Assembly (NCBI GenBank): GCA_963820525.1
Contig: CAWGAA010000001.1
Location: forward strand, 1,600,001-1,664,000
Reading direction: 5' to 3'
DNA: 64,000 nt
DNA from: an uncultured Spirochaetota bacterium
Lineage (GTDB): Bacteria > Spirochaetota > Spirochaetia > SZUA-6 > Fen-1364
Below, in pieces: positions 30,245 through 39,561 of this stretch (positions within the stretch are counted from its first letter, which is position 1; each line of letters begins with the position of its first letter). The notes under the pieces are model-generated. The model searched no databases and was not told the origin of the DNA. It saw only the letters and a list, made by a program, of their open reading frames with translations. Made by a program: the position numbers and the translations under genes.

Positions 30245-31620
30245 AAACCCGAATACCCCTCTCTCTTCTCCTCCTCGTGGTCCTTTCCACGGCCCCCGCG
30301 TTCCCCGGCAGCATCGACTTCGGGGGAAGCGTGCTCAACTCCTCTGGGCTGGGCAACTACCCCAACCCGGGCGCCGCCGGCGCGTCCGCCGCCTTTGCGC
30401 AGAGGAACGTCGGCAGCCTCTGGTTTCAGGCCGCGTTCGACGACTTTCTGCTCTTCAATGCCCAGATCGGCTCGGCCTTCACCACCTATGCCTACGGCAC
30501 CCCACCTCAGTTGTTCTACGTCGATGCCGATCTCTTCAACCTCCAGGGCACCTTCCCCACCCCCCAGGAGGGATTGGCCCTGTTCCGTTTCACTCTGGGG
30601 CGCGCGCCCTTCTCGGATTTCACGGGCCTGGTGCTGAATCACAAGGCTGACGGCTTTCTCTTCGAGTTTCAGTACCCCGACTCCGCCCTGACCTTCTCAG
30701 CCGCTTATACCGGGCTGGTCAGCAAGGGCGCCTCCACGATCACGCTCTCCAAGGCCGACATCGCCGACGTGTCCAATGCATCCGTCATCTTCGCCCCCCC
30801 TCGCCTGGTGGAGATGGTCAGCTTCAGCGTGTTTTCACTTTTGGGACAGAAGGTGACCCTTTCGGCGATCTTCCAGGAGGACATGCGGGACACGGTCCTC
30901 GATCTCGCCTCCCCCGGCACCTCGAATATCGTGACGGCGGGGAGCACAACGTTCGACGCAGCCAAGGGAGGGGGGGTGAATACCCAGTATGCCGGGCTCG
31001 GGATGTCAGGAACCATCGTGAGCGCCCTGTACTACGACGTATACTCGTACCTCGAAGCCCTTCAGGAGCTCGCTTTCAGCGGTGGAGCCTACAAGAGCAC
31101 GACAAGCTTCGGGCTGATGGCCGGAGGGAGCCTCAGATATTACGCAAATAACCTGCTTTTTTCGGTTTTCGGTGCTAGAATCATCTATGTGAGCGGCGAT
31201 CCGGCATCTACAACGACGTACGAGGGAAACGTTGGGCAGTTCTCGGCTTTCGCGCCGATCTCCCGGCCGACCTTGAGCTCCGTGTTCTCCCCCCAACTGA
31301 CCAATATCCTCCTCGCCGAAGCCAGCTATTCCCTGAAGCCGCTCTCGTTTCTCGGGTCCGATATCGCTTCCAGCGTCGAGGTGCGCATTCTGGCCGACGT
31401 ATACTTCCGCCCGACGCCCGGCGCCATCAGCGAGCCCGGCATTCCCGCGGGCAACACGGATCTCTACCTGGGAACGGAATCCGACGTGAGCGTGAACTTC
31501 AGGCCCCTCTCCGACGTGACGCTCTCGCTCTGGGGCGGGCTGTTCTTCCCCGGCGCCGCTTTCGGTCCATCACCCGCAATGCAGTACAAGTCGGGCCTGG
31601 ATATCGCCCTCGCATTCTAA
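30241..31620 (+). CDS. Putative outer-membrane beta-barrel protein
   Basis: GTGA overlap, signal peptide, alternating aromatic beta-strands, C-terminal Phe (GLDIALAF). Confidence 0.7.
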   Translation: MKTRIPLSLLLLVVLSTAPAFPGSIDFGGSVLNSSGLGNYPNPGAAGASAAFAQRNVGSLWFQAAFDDFLLFNAQIGSAFTTYAYGTPPQLFYVDADLFNLQGTFPTPQEGLALFRFTLGRAPFSDFTGLVLNHKADGFLFEFQYPDSALTFSAAYTGLVSKGASTITLSKADIADVSNASVIFAPPRLVEMVSFSVFSLLGQKVTLSAIFQEDMRDTVLDLASPGTSNIVTAGSTTFDAAKGGGVNTQYAGLGMSGTIVSALYYDVYSYLEALQELAFSGGAYKSTTSFGLMAGGSLRYYANNLLFSVFGARIIYVSGDPASTTTYEGNVGQFSAFAPISRPTLSSVFSPQLTNILLAEASYSLKPLSFLGSDIASSVEVRILADVYFRPTPGAISEPGIPAGNTDLYLGTESDVSVNFRPLSDVTLSLWGGLFFPGAAFGPSPAMQYKSGLDIALAF

Positions 31621-31630
31621 GGAGGTGACA

Positions 31631-32281
31631 ATGAAAAGAGTAGCGCTCCTTTGCATATGCTTGATGGCGGCCTCCGCCGTTTCGATTTCGGCTCAGCTTA
31701 GGGCCGTCGTTCAGGAAGTCAGCGGCAAGGTCGAAGTGAAGGCGCCCAACGCGGACTGGACCCCGGCGGCAGTCGACATGGTCTTGAGCGACGGCACGGT
31801 GGTCTCCACGGGATTCGGCTCCCGCGCGGTTCTCCAGATCGGGCTCACCCGCGTCACCGTAAGCCCCCTCACGCGGCTCCAGGTGGAACAGATCCTGAAA
31901 CGGGAAAGCACGAACTCCGCCAACCTCACCCTGCGGGTGGGAAAGGTCAATGCGCAGGTCAAATCCGCCGGAGGGGAGCGCAGCGAGTTCACCCTGAAGG
32001 GCCCACGATCCACCGCCGCGGTTCGCGGCTGTCAGTTCGATTTCGACGGCTACTCTCTCGAGGTGACGGAGGGGGTGGTGGAGTTCATCAATCTCCTTCT
32101 CCAGCGCCGCAATGTGGAACAAGGAGAAACCAGCGACACGGACGGCGTCTCCTTCCCAAGCTCCGGCGAGTCGGGCAATGAGAATGATTCGTTGATCACT
32201 CCGCCGAGCGGGAGCGGGCTGTTGGGCGGCCAGGGCGGCGTCACCCCCGTGACGGGCACCTTCTCGGTCACGGTCAACTAA
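31631..32281 (+). CDS. FecR-domain periplasmic protein
   Basis: Signal peptide; VSGKVEV, TGFGSRA, TAAVRG, VTEGVVE FecR-type pattern. Confidence 0.8.
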   Translation: MKRVALLCICLMAASAVSISAQLRAVVQEVSGKVEVKAPNADWTPAAVDMVLSDGTVVSTGFGSRAVLQIGLTRVTVSPLTRLQVEQILKRESTNSANLTLRVGKVNAQVKSAGGERSEFTLKGPRSTAAVRGCQFDFDGYSLEVTEGVVEFINLLLQRRNVEQGETSDTDGVSFPSSGESGNENDSLITPPSGSGLLGGQGGVTPVTGTFSVTVN

Positions 32282-32292
32282 GGAGGGAGAGA

Positions 32293-33777
32293 ATGAAAAC
32301 GAGAATCCCGATAGTAATCCTCGCTGTGGCGGCCCTGTCCTTGATTGCCGCGGGCTGTTTCTGGCAGGCTCCCATGAAAGGAAGCTCGTTCTCCCTGACC
32401 TTCGCTCCCAACTCCTTCGGAGCAAAACACATTGATGGTACTGCTGACGCCTTGAGAGTCTATGTCATGACTGGCGGGGCGCTCTACCCCTTCGGCCCTG
32501 GCGCGCATCCCCTGTTTGACGAGGTGCCTTTCACAGCCAGCATGACGTATTCAAGTCCCGCAATACCCGCGGGCCTCACCTACTCCATCATGGTCGTGCT
32601 GGGCAACACGCAGAGCGGCGTCTTCACTCCCGTCGACTACGGAAGCCAGGACAATGTCGTGATCACGGCCGGCGGCGACACGAGCGTTTCCCTGACCCTC
32701 ACTCAGTCCAACTATACCCTGACCGCTCTCTGGGGCCAGAACGTGACGGGGGTGATCGGGATTGGAGGCACGGCGTACGCATCGACGGCGCAGGCGTGCT
32801 ATTCTGCAGCGGGTGGCAACCTTAGCACTCTTGGGTCGTCCGCCACCGCGATTTCCGGCTTCCCCCCGGCGTATTCTGTCAACCATATCTCATCCGGGCA
32901 GGAGTATGTCGGAACCTATCCCGGCGGCTATTATCAACCAGTACCATGGCTCGATACGGATAAGGGAATTCTCCCTTACAGCCTGAGCACGCCTGGTTTT
33001 GTTGAAGGTTTCACCAAAGATCCCAGCAACAAGAACGTCCTCGAATCGGTGAGCTTGAACGCACCCATTACGAGTTTTCTGGTTGCAGCATATCAGCGGG
33101 GAGCCGGTCTCGGGGGCGCCCTGGTGTTGCCCGACGGCACACCCCCGGAATGGATCGACATAGACCTCAGCCAGTTCCTGAAGGGAACGGCGATCTACGA
33201 TATCGCGGCCTATAACGGCTACATCTATATCGCCACCGCATTCGGGGCTTTCTCGATTCCCGCAACCGTCATTCAGCCCGGCGCAACCGCGGATGACGTG
33301 ATGAAAACCGCGGTGTTCTTCACGGCAGGCTCAGCCGAGACCGTCATCGAGTCGCTTGCCCTCGTTATCGACACCTCAGGAAACGGGGACCTGTTCATGG
33401 GCACGCCCGGAGGGATATATTCGGCAACGATCAATAGCGCGACGAACGCAATGGACACGCCGGTTCTACTCCCAGGCACCTCGGGAAAAGCCGCTGCAAC
33501 GAGCCTGCGGGCTATTCAGTACTACGATAACTCGATTTCCGCCTACATCACCGTCCTTGCCGCAGCAAGCGATTACGAAATCACTCTTTATTACATCGGC
33601 ACCGCGAATCTGCCTGTAACCCTGCCCTTCTATTCCGGTCTTCCCGCAGATCTTCCTGGCGAGATAAAGGATTTCGCCCTGTTTAACTATAGTAGTGGGA
33701 CTATCTACCTGCTTGTAGCAGGAAAGAAGGGACTCGTGATCTATCAAGCGGCGACATATACGCCGCTTCCGGCTTGA
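32293..33777 (+). CDS. Hypothetical lipoprotein, beta-rich
   Basis: GGAGGGAG RBS, lipobox IAAGC, Tyr/Thr/Gly-rich, visibly lower GC3 than neighbours. Confidence 0.8.
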   Translation: MKTRIPIVILAVAALSLIAAGCFWQAPMKGSSFSLTFAPNSFGAKHIDGTADALRVYVMTGGALYPFGPGAHPLFDEVPFTASMTYSSPAIPAGLTYSIMVVLGNTQSGVFTPVDYGSQDNVVITAGGDTSVSLTLTQSNYTLTALWGQNVTGVIGIGGTAYASTAQACYSAAGGNLSTLGSSATAISGFPPAYSVNHISSGQEYVGTYPGGYYQPVPWLDTDKGILPYSLSTPGFVEGFTKDPSNKNVLESVSLNAPITSFLVAAYQRGAGLGGALVLPDGTPPEWIDIDLSQFLKGTAIYDIAAYNGYIYIATAFGAFSIPATVIQPGATADDVMKTAVFFTAGSAETVIESLALVIDTSGNGDLFMGTPGGIYSATINSATNAMDTPVLLPGTSGKAAATSLRAIQYYDNSISAYITVLAAASDYEITLYYIGTANLPVTLPFYSGLPADLPGEIKDFALFNYSSGTIYLLVAGKKGLVIYQAATYTPLPA

Positions 33778-33795
33778 CGGAATCTCAAACACTTG

Positions 33796-33831
33796 AAAAA
33801 AAGACCCCGCGCCGCACATGGGGGCTTTTTT
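33796..33831. terminator. Bidirectional intrinsic terminator
   Basis: AAAAAAAGACCCC...GGGGCTTTTTT hairpin between convergent genes. Confidence 0.7.
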
Positions 33832-33872
33832 CTGTCCGTTGTCCTAGGGCCGCCAGGCGCTCCCCGGCGATC

Positions 33873-34856
33873 TCAGAACTGGGCGCCCAGAGCCGCTTCA
33901 GCGGCGGGAACGTTGGTCGCGGGATTGTAGCTTCCGCCAAGGGTGAGAACGAAGGCCCCAAGCTTCACGGCAAATCCCCCCGAGATGAGGAATGAGAGGC
34001 CACCCGTTTCCCCATGCGATAGCGGGCTTATGGAGTTTGTCGTAGGAACGATCGTCACGCTCAGGTCGGAGAGGGAAGCATCATAGGATCCCCACTGGTA
34101 CCAGGAAGAAAAGGTCAGGTAGGGCACGAAAACCAGCAGCCGCTTGGAAACGGTGAGATCGATTCCCGCCGTGTGGAGGGTGGCTCCAAGGCTGATCTTG
34201 GATGCGCTGAAATCGAGCGTGATGGGGCTGAAGGTGAGCGCGCCGACCTTGGAGAGGTTGTAGCCGAGATTGAAGCTGGAGTAAACGTACCCGGCGCCAA
34301 CCGAAAGAGCGGGGAATGGGCCTGAATCCGCCAGCAGGACCTTGCGGATTCGAAGGCCGGCGTTGAAGAAATTGGCCGTTGCGCCGGTAAGGATGGCATC
34401 GCTAAGCGCCTGCGGCCAATACGCTATCTGCCCCAGGACCTCGAATCCATCAACAATGCCAAACCCGAAGGAAAGCCGCGCGTGAGGGTAGAGAAAGAAC
34501 GAGCGCGTGCTGTTGTAGAGATTGGTGACCGTGGAGCTGTTGATTCCGGAAAGCGCGTCGTTCACGATTCCGGGCATGTTCAGGACCTGATATGTCCCTT
34601 TATCTACTATGGTAGCGATGCCTGAGGTAAAGACCGCCCCCGTGTCCAGGGTGAAATACATGTGTGGAAAGTCTCCGAGCTGGGCATCGCCGATCCCCTG
34701 CCCCAAAAGGGCGTTCTGCTGAAGCTGGCCGAGCACGTCGGACCCCAGCCCGCCGAGGAAAGTGGAAAGGTCGTCTTGAACCTGCGACAGATTCTGTGCG
34801 CCCGCGGAAACCACCGCGAGAACGAGCACAATTCCCACTACCGCCACGCGTTTCAC
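33873..34856 (-). CDS. Putative outer-membrane protein
   Basis: GTG start, signal peptide (VVSAGA-Q), amphipathic beta-strands, C-terminal Phe. Confidence 0.7.
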   Translation of the reverse strand: MKRVAVVGIVLVLAVVSAGAQNLSQVQDDLSTFLGGLGSDVLGQLQQNALLGQGIGDAQLGDFPHMYFTLDTGAVFTSGIATIVDKGTYQVLNMPGIVNDALSGINSSTVTNLYNSTRSFFLYPHARLSFGFGIVDGFEVLGQIAYWPQALSDAILTGATANFFNAGLRIRKVLLADSGPFPALSVGAGYVYSSFNLGYNLSKVGALTFSPITLDFSASKISLGATLHTAGIDLTVSKRLLVFVPYLTFSSWYQWGSYDASLSDLSVTIVPTTNSISPLSHGETGGLSFLISGGFAVKLGAFVLTLGGSYNPATNVPAAEAALGAQF

Positions 34857-35060
34857 GGCCGCTACCCCCTTTTTTCGATTCCATCGGGAGTTTACAGGCA
34901 CTCTCGCCCTCTGCGCAAGGTCCGTACCGCGAACTTGCGGCGCGGGGTCCCGGGACCATGGCCGCCGGTTTGTCGCCCCCTGCTGCGTCGCCCCGAGCCT
35001 TGACAAGGAAACAGGCGCCTGCATAGATAATGGGAATAGTGAAAAGCATGGAGGCTGCAG

Positions 35061-35561
35061 ATGAAAAGGTTTGCATTCGTTCTCGTGCTGTTCATCGCCT
35101 TATCTGAAAGCTCACCTTTCGCGCAAGGAATCGGTCCCACAGGGCCTTTCGAGGCCGAGACGCCTTTTTTCAGCTTCATTTCCATCGGCGTCGGATTGCC
35201 CGCAGTCAGCATCAACCTGGAAGATGGCGCCATCGGTTTTTTCGATTCCATCAGCCCGCTCACTCTGACGATCTCGCCGGAAAGATTTCAAGGGGCATTA
35301 CTGGCAAGCAGGGTGACGATCGACGGCAAGCCGGTTGAAACATGGATCCGGCTCTCCTACTGGAGCGTCGCATTCGGCCTTCAGGTTTCAAAACCTCAAG
35401 ACAGCTCGGAAGTGCGATTCGGCGCCACGCTCATTCCGTACCTGTTCAGGATAGGACCCCTCTCGATGGGCATCGGGGTGCTCTGGTCCGCAACGTCTCA
35501 TTTTTCGATGGAGTTGAAGACGTGGAACATTATCCTGCCATTGACTTACACCGTGGGATGA
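35061..35561 (+). CDS. Secreted hypothetical protein
   Basis: GGAGG RBS, MKRF signal peptide. Confidence 0.65.
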   Translation: MKRFAFVLVLFIALSESSPFAQGIGPTGPFEAETPFFSFISIGVGLPAVSINLEDGAIGFFDSISPLTLTISPERFQGALLASRVTIDGKPVETWIRLSYWSVAFGLQVSKPQDSSEVRFGATLIPYLFRIGPLSMGIGVLWSATSHFSMELKTWNIILPLTYTVG

Positions 35562-35666
35562 CAACGGGCTCCCGCCGCACCGTGCGGGCATCCCGCTGCG
35601 GCCTCCTCAGTTGTACAGCAAGCCCGGCGATGCTATGCTCCACAGGCTTGAGAGAGGAGGTCGAGC

Positions 35667-37001
35667 CTGCGCGCCGTCTTTCGGGTTCTCGCGGTTGTCC
35701 TTCTCACCGGCTCCGGCATCCGGAGCTTCTGCCAGAGCTCTTTTTCCGATGCTCTTGCCGCACAGGGACGGCTCGGAATAAGTCCTGCCGCGGCGCGTGA
35801 CATCGAGGGAAAGCTCGGCCAGCTTCTCATCGTGAACGTGGACGGCTTCGACTATAAAGGCCCCCTGGCCGTTCACCCCGAGTTTATCGCAATGGTCGAG
35901 CGGCTCCAGGTGGGGGGCGTGATCCCGCATTACGGCAGCACTGATCCGCGGAAGATCCAAGGAACCAACCGCGCCCTGGCAGGCCTGACCAGGCTTCCGC
36001 TTCTGGTCTGCTCCGACATCCTGAAGCTGAAGGGGCCGGCCTCGGGGGGCGCGGGAACCGGGACGGCGAGCTTCGGAGACGGCTACGTGGGCGGATTCAT
36101 CGGAAGGTACAGGGGGCTGCCGGAAGAGAGCTTCCGAGCCTTATGCGAGCTCAACGCCTTCACCTTCGCCGCGCTGGGCGTCAACACGGCCCTCGGCCCC
36201 ACCGTGGACAACAGCACGGCGGATCCGCGAACGGCGGCGCGGGCGCGGATAATCATCGATGCCCTTCGCAGGTTCGGCATCGAGCCGGTCCTCAAGCACT
36301 ATCCGTTCCTTCCGTTGGACAGAAACCTCCACAGAGAATCGCCGGACACGGCTCTCCCGCCGGAGGAGGCGGCGAGGCGCTCCGGAGTGTTCCACGAGCT
36401 CGCGGGAGAATCGGGCATCCTCATGACGACCCACCTCTTCGACTCGCTCGTGGATGGGAAAAGCATCGTCACGTTCTCCACCGCATGGCACAAGCGCCTG
36501 CTCGTGGAGACGGGGTTCTCCGGCCTTGTGATGAGCGACGGCCTCTTGATGCTTCGAAACTACGCGGACAGGCGCGTTCTCGGGGATGAGCAGGCGCGCG
36601 GGTCATCGCGCGCAGGGGCCCTCGGCGGACCGGGCAACTGCCTCGCGGACAAGGCGGCCGACTGGGCATTGCGCGCCATCCTCGCGGGTCACGACATGGT
36701 CATCGTGGAGGGCAGCGCCGCCATCACCTATGGCGTATTCACGGGGCTGCTCTCAGCCGCGTGCGCAGGCACGGATACCGGCGCGCATCTGCGCAGGCGT
36801 ATCGAGGAATCGTATCGTAGAATCGAGCGGTTCAAAGACGCGCGAAGGGAAGAGCTCTCGCGCCACATCGAAGTGCCTATCCAGGATATCCGCGCCGCGG
36901 TTTCCCTGGTTTCGGGAAGCGCCGAGCCGTCCAGCTTCCGGATCGACCCCGAAGCGCTGTCGGCGCTCCAGCCGGTCTTCCAGCGAACGGCTGTGAGGTA
37001 G
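35667..37001 (+). CDS. Glycoside hydrolase family 3 N-terminal domain protein (NagZ-like), probable CTG start
   Basis: GQLLIV, LGPTVD, LKHYP, MTTH and MSDGL motifs. The frame is open back to CTG 35667, preceded by AGGAGG and encoding a signal-peptide-like stretch. Confidence 0.75.
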   Translation: MRAVFRVLAVVLLTGSGIRSFCQSSFSDALAAQGRLGISPAAARDIEGKLGQLLIVNVDGFDYKGPLAVHPEFIAMVERLQVGGVIPHYGSTDPRKIQGTNRALAGLTRLPLLVCSDILKLKGPASGGAGTGTASFGDGYVGGFIGRYRGLPEESFRALCELNAFTFAALGVNTALGPTVDNSTADPRTAARARIIIDALRRFGIEPVLKHYPFLPLDRNLHRESPDTALPPEEAARRSGVFHELAGESGILMTTHLFDSLVDGKSIVTFSTAWHKRLLVETGFSGLVMSDGLLMLRNYADRRVLGDEQARGSSRAGALGGPGNCLADKAADWALRAILAGHDMVIVEGSAAITYGVFTGLLSAACAGTDTGAHLRRRIEESYRRIERFKDARREELSRHIEVPIQDIRAAVSLVSGSAEPSSFRIDPEALSALQPVFQRTAVR

Positions 37002-37052
37002 AACCGAGGTATTGTCCCGCCGGAAGAACCGGTGGTAGAATCCTGATTCCTT

Positions 37053-37757
37053 ATGCTTTCCGTCTCACCCTGGACCATTCTCTCCGTCTCTTTCCTCATG
37101 GCGCTCTCCGGCGCGCTCATGCCGGGTCCCCTCCTCACCTACACCATCGCGCGCACCGTGCAGACCCGCAGGAACGGATTCCTCGTGGGTCCGCTGGTGA
37201 TCGCGGGACATGGGGCCCTGGAGATGCTCATCCTCTGCGGACTCGTTCTCGGAGTGACGGGGTTCCTCAAGGAACCCACCGTCATCAAGGTGATCGGCGT
37301 TCTGGGCGCCCTGCTGCTCGCCTACATGGGCATCGGGCTCATCCGCGAAGCGGTCCGAAAAAGGGCTCCGGCCGCGGCCGCCGTCTCAGAAGCGGCGCCG
37401 CTCGATGTGAATCGACAGGGGCCGGATTCTTCACGCACTCTCGTGAGCCGGATGAGCCCGGTCCTGGCGGGGATACTTCTTTCTCTGAGCAACCCCTACT
37501 GGTGGGTGTGGTGGGTCACGGCCGGGTCCGCAACTCTGATCCGTTTCAACGTTTCCATTTCGGCATGGCAGGGGCTGCTCGTATTTTTCATCGGGCACGA
37601 GGCGGGAGACCTGGCCTGGTATTTCACCGTCTCCACCCTCACCCATTTCGGAAAGAGAAGCTTCTCGCCCGGGATCTATTCCGGAATCCTCGCCGTGTGC
37701 GGAGTGGCGATCATGGCGTTCGGAGCATATCTCGGCATTTCGCCGTTCGTGAGGTGA
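37053..37757 (+). CDS. LysE family translocator
   Basis: ALSGALMPGP, GHGALE and SNPYWWVWW. Confidence 0.88.
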   Translation: MLSVSPWTILSVSFLMALSGALMPGPLLTYTIARTVQTRRNGFLVGPLVIAGHGALEMLILCGLVLGVTGFLKEPTVIKVIGVLGALLLAYMGIGLIREAVRKRAPAAAAVSEAAPLDVNRQGPDSSRTLVSRMSPVLAGILLSLSNPYWWVWWVTAGSATLIRFNVSISAWQGLLVFFIGHEAGDLAWYFTVSTLTHFGKRSFSPGIYSGILAVCGVAIMAFGAYLGISPFVR

Positions 37758-37759
37758 GC

Positions 37760-39490
37760 ATGCCTATTGGATTCATCCAGATCTACAATCCATTGGGAAA
37801 CAGCGCGCTCTCCGCTCTCGTTGCCGCGGCGCCGCTTCTTGCGCTGTTCGTCCTTCTGGCCACCGGCCGCGCCCCCGGTTGGGCCGCCGCCCTCGTCTCG
37901 ACGATCGCCGCCCTCGTGCTCGCCGTCTCCGCGTGGAGAATGCCGCCCGCAGCGGCCATATCCGCGGCCGCGTACGGCATCGCTTTCGCGGTCTTCCCCA
38001 TCCTGTGGATAGTCGTGGCGGCGCTCTGGGTCTTTTCCCTGAGCGTGGAGTCTGGCCAATTCTCGATCATCAGGGCCACCCTCGCGGGCATGACCTCGGA
38101 CCGTCGGCTCCAGGCGCTGTTCATCGCGTTCGCCTTCGGGGCCTTCCTCGAGGGCACCGCCGGATTCGGGACTCCCGTTGCCATCACCGCCGCAATGCTC
38201 GTCGGCCTGGGCTTCGATGCGCGCTACGCGGCCGCCATCTGCCTGATCGCCAACAGCGCTCCCGTCGCGTTCGCCGCCGCGGGGGTTCCCGTGGCAGTCG
38301 CGGCCCAGGTCAGCGGGCTGGACGTCCTTGCGATAAGCAGGGTCCTCGGCAGGCAGGTACCGCTGCTCTCCCTTGTCGTGCCGTTGTGGCTCTCCGTGAT
38401 CCTCTGCGGATGGAGGAGAAGCCTCGAAGTGCTTCCGGCCATCCTCGTGGCCGGCCTCGCAATGGCGGCTACGCAGTTCGTTCTCGCCAGCTTCAGCGGG
38501 CCTTTCCTGACGGGGGTGGCCTCCGGGCTCGTCACCACGGCGGCGCTCGCGCTCTTCCTCCTGATCTGGAAGCCGAAGAGGATCTGGGACTTTGGGGCCG
38601 GGAGCACGCGGGGCGGCGCGCAGAGGGCGAGCGGAAGCGGCGAGCCGGCACACCGGGGCGCTGCGCCGGCCGCGGGCAGCCGCGGCACGGCAGAAGACGG
38701 CAGGACACATCCTGCCGCGGGCAGCCCCGAACCGGCCGGATTGCCGCGCACGATCCGGGCGTGGTCGCCCTTCCTGCTCATGTCTCTCCTCATCCTGGCG
38801 TGGGGCACCGGCCCCGTGAAACACCTCCTGGATCCCCTGGGATGGCAGATCCCGTGGCCGGGCCTGCACAACGCCATGGTGAAAGCGCCTCCGATCGCCT
38901 CCTCCCCGACGGCGTATCCGGCGGTCTTCGGCCTGGCGCTTGCATCGTCTCCGGGAACCGCCATCTTCCTGGCGGGGATCGTCTCGGCATTCCTTCTCCC
39001 CGGCCTGGGCGCAAGAAAGGCCCTGCGGTGCCTGGCGGGAACGCTTTGGAGCCTGCGCTCGACAATTGCCACCGTCTGCCTGGTCCTGGCCACCGCGTAC
39101 ATCATGAACTACGCCGGCATGAGCTCGTCCCTCGGCCTGGCCGTCACGGCCACGGGGATCCTCTTCCCCCTTTTCTCGCCCCTGCTGGGATGGTTCGGAG
39201 TGCTCCTGACGGGATCCGACACATCGTCGAACGCCTTGTTCTGCGGTCTTCAGAGAACCGCGGCGGAACAGCTTGGCCTGAACCCCTCCCTCACGGTGGC
39301 GGCGAACGCGGCCGGCGGGGTGACGGCCAAGATGATCTCGCCCCAGAGCATCGCGGTGGCCACCGCATCGGCGAGGCTCGGGGGACAGGAGGGCTGGCTC
39401 TTCCGGTTCACCGTCTGGCACAGCGTGGCGATGGCGCTGATCGTCTCCCTGATAACCCTTGCCCTGGCATACCTTTCACCCGGGCTTTGA
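37760..39490 (+). CDS. lctP: L-lactate/glycolate permease (LctP family)
   Basis: FLEGTAGFGTPVAI, ANSAPVAF, GSDTSSNALF and KMISPQSIAV. Confidence 0.9.
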   Translation: MPIGFIQIYNPLGNSALSALVAAAPLLALFVLLATGRAPGWAAALVSTIAALVLAVSAWRMPPAAAISAAAYGIAFAVFPILWIVVAALWVFSLSVESGQFSIIRATLAGMTSDRRLQALFIAFAFGAFLEGTAGFGTPVAITAAMLVGLGFDARYAAAICLIANSAPVAFAAAGVPVAVAAQVSGLDVLAISRVLGRQVPLLSLVVPLWLSVILCGWRRSLEVLPAILVAGLAMAATQFVLASFSGPFLTGVASGLVTTAALALFLLIWKPKRIWDFGAGSTRGGAQRASGSGEPAHRGAAPAAGSRGTAEDGRTHPAAGSPEPAGLPRTIRAWSPFLLMSLLILAWGTGPVKHLLDPLGWQIPWPGLHNAMVKAPPIASSPTAYPAVFGLALASSPGTAIFLAGIVSAFLLPGLGARKALRCLAGTLWSLRSTIATVCLVLATAYIMNYAGMSSSLGLAVTATGILFPLFSPLLGWFGVLLTGSDTSSNALFCGLQRTAAEQLGLNPSLTVAANAAGGVTAKMISPQSIAVATASARLGGQEGWLFRFTVWHSVAMALIVSLITLALAYLSPGL

Positions 39491-39496
39491 GTTTGC

Positions 39497-39525
39497 TTGA
39501 CTTTTCGGAAATCCGGATTTACCGT
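39497..39525 (+). promoter_or_regulatory. Putative promoter of the isomerase-araB operon with an imperfect palindrome in the spacer
   Basis: TTGACT-17 bp-TACCGT; TTCGGAAATCCGGA in the spacer. Confidence 0.45.
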
Positions 39526-39561
39526 AGTGGAAAAAGCAATCGATCTCCGAAGGAGACATCA

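Noticed and set aside
22566..33800. AACACTTGAAAAA occurring in two intergenic regions (22566 and 33788)
   Set aside because: A short AT-rich match in unrelated contexts; likely chance.
38590..38750. Gly/Ala-rich hydrophilic insert in the lactate permease
   Set aside because: In frame and in what appears to be a variable loop, with no repeat or element ends.
37879..39561. 1036-aa ORF suggesting a long N-terminal fusion to the isomerase
   Set aside because: The extension is an Arg/Pro/Gly-rich shadow frame over lctP; the true start is ATG 39562 with an RBS. The same applies to the extensions of the ORFs listed at 15202, 29716 and 46921-49233.
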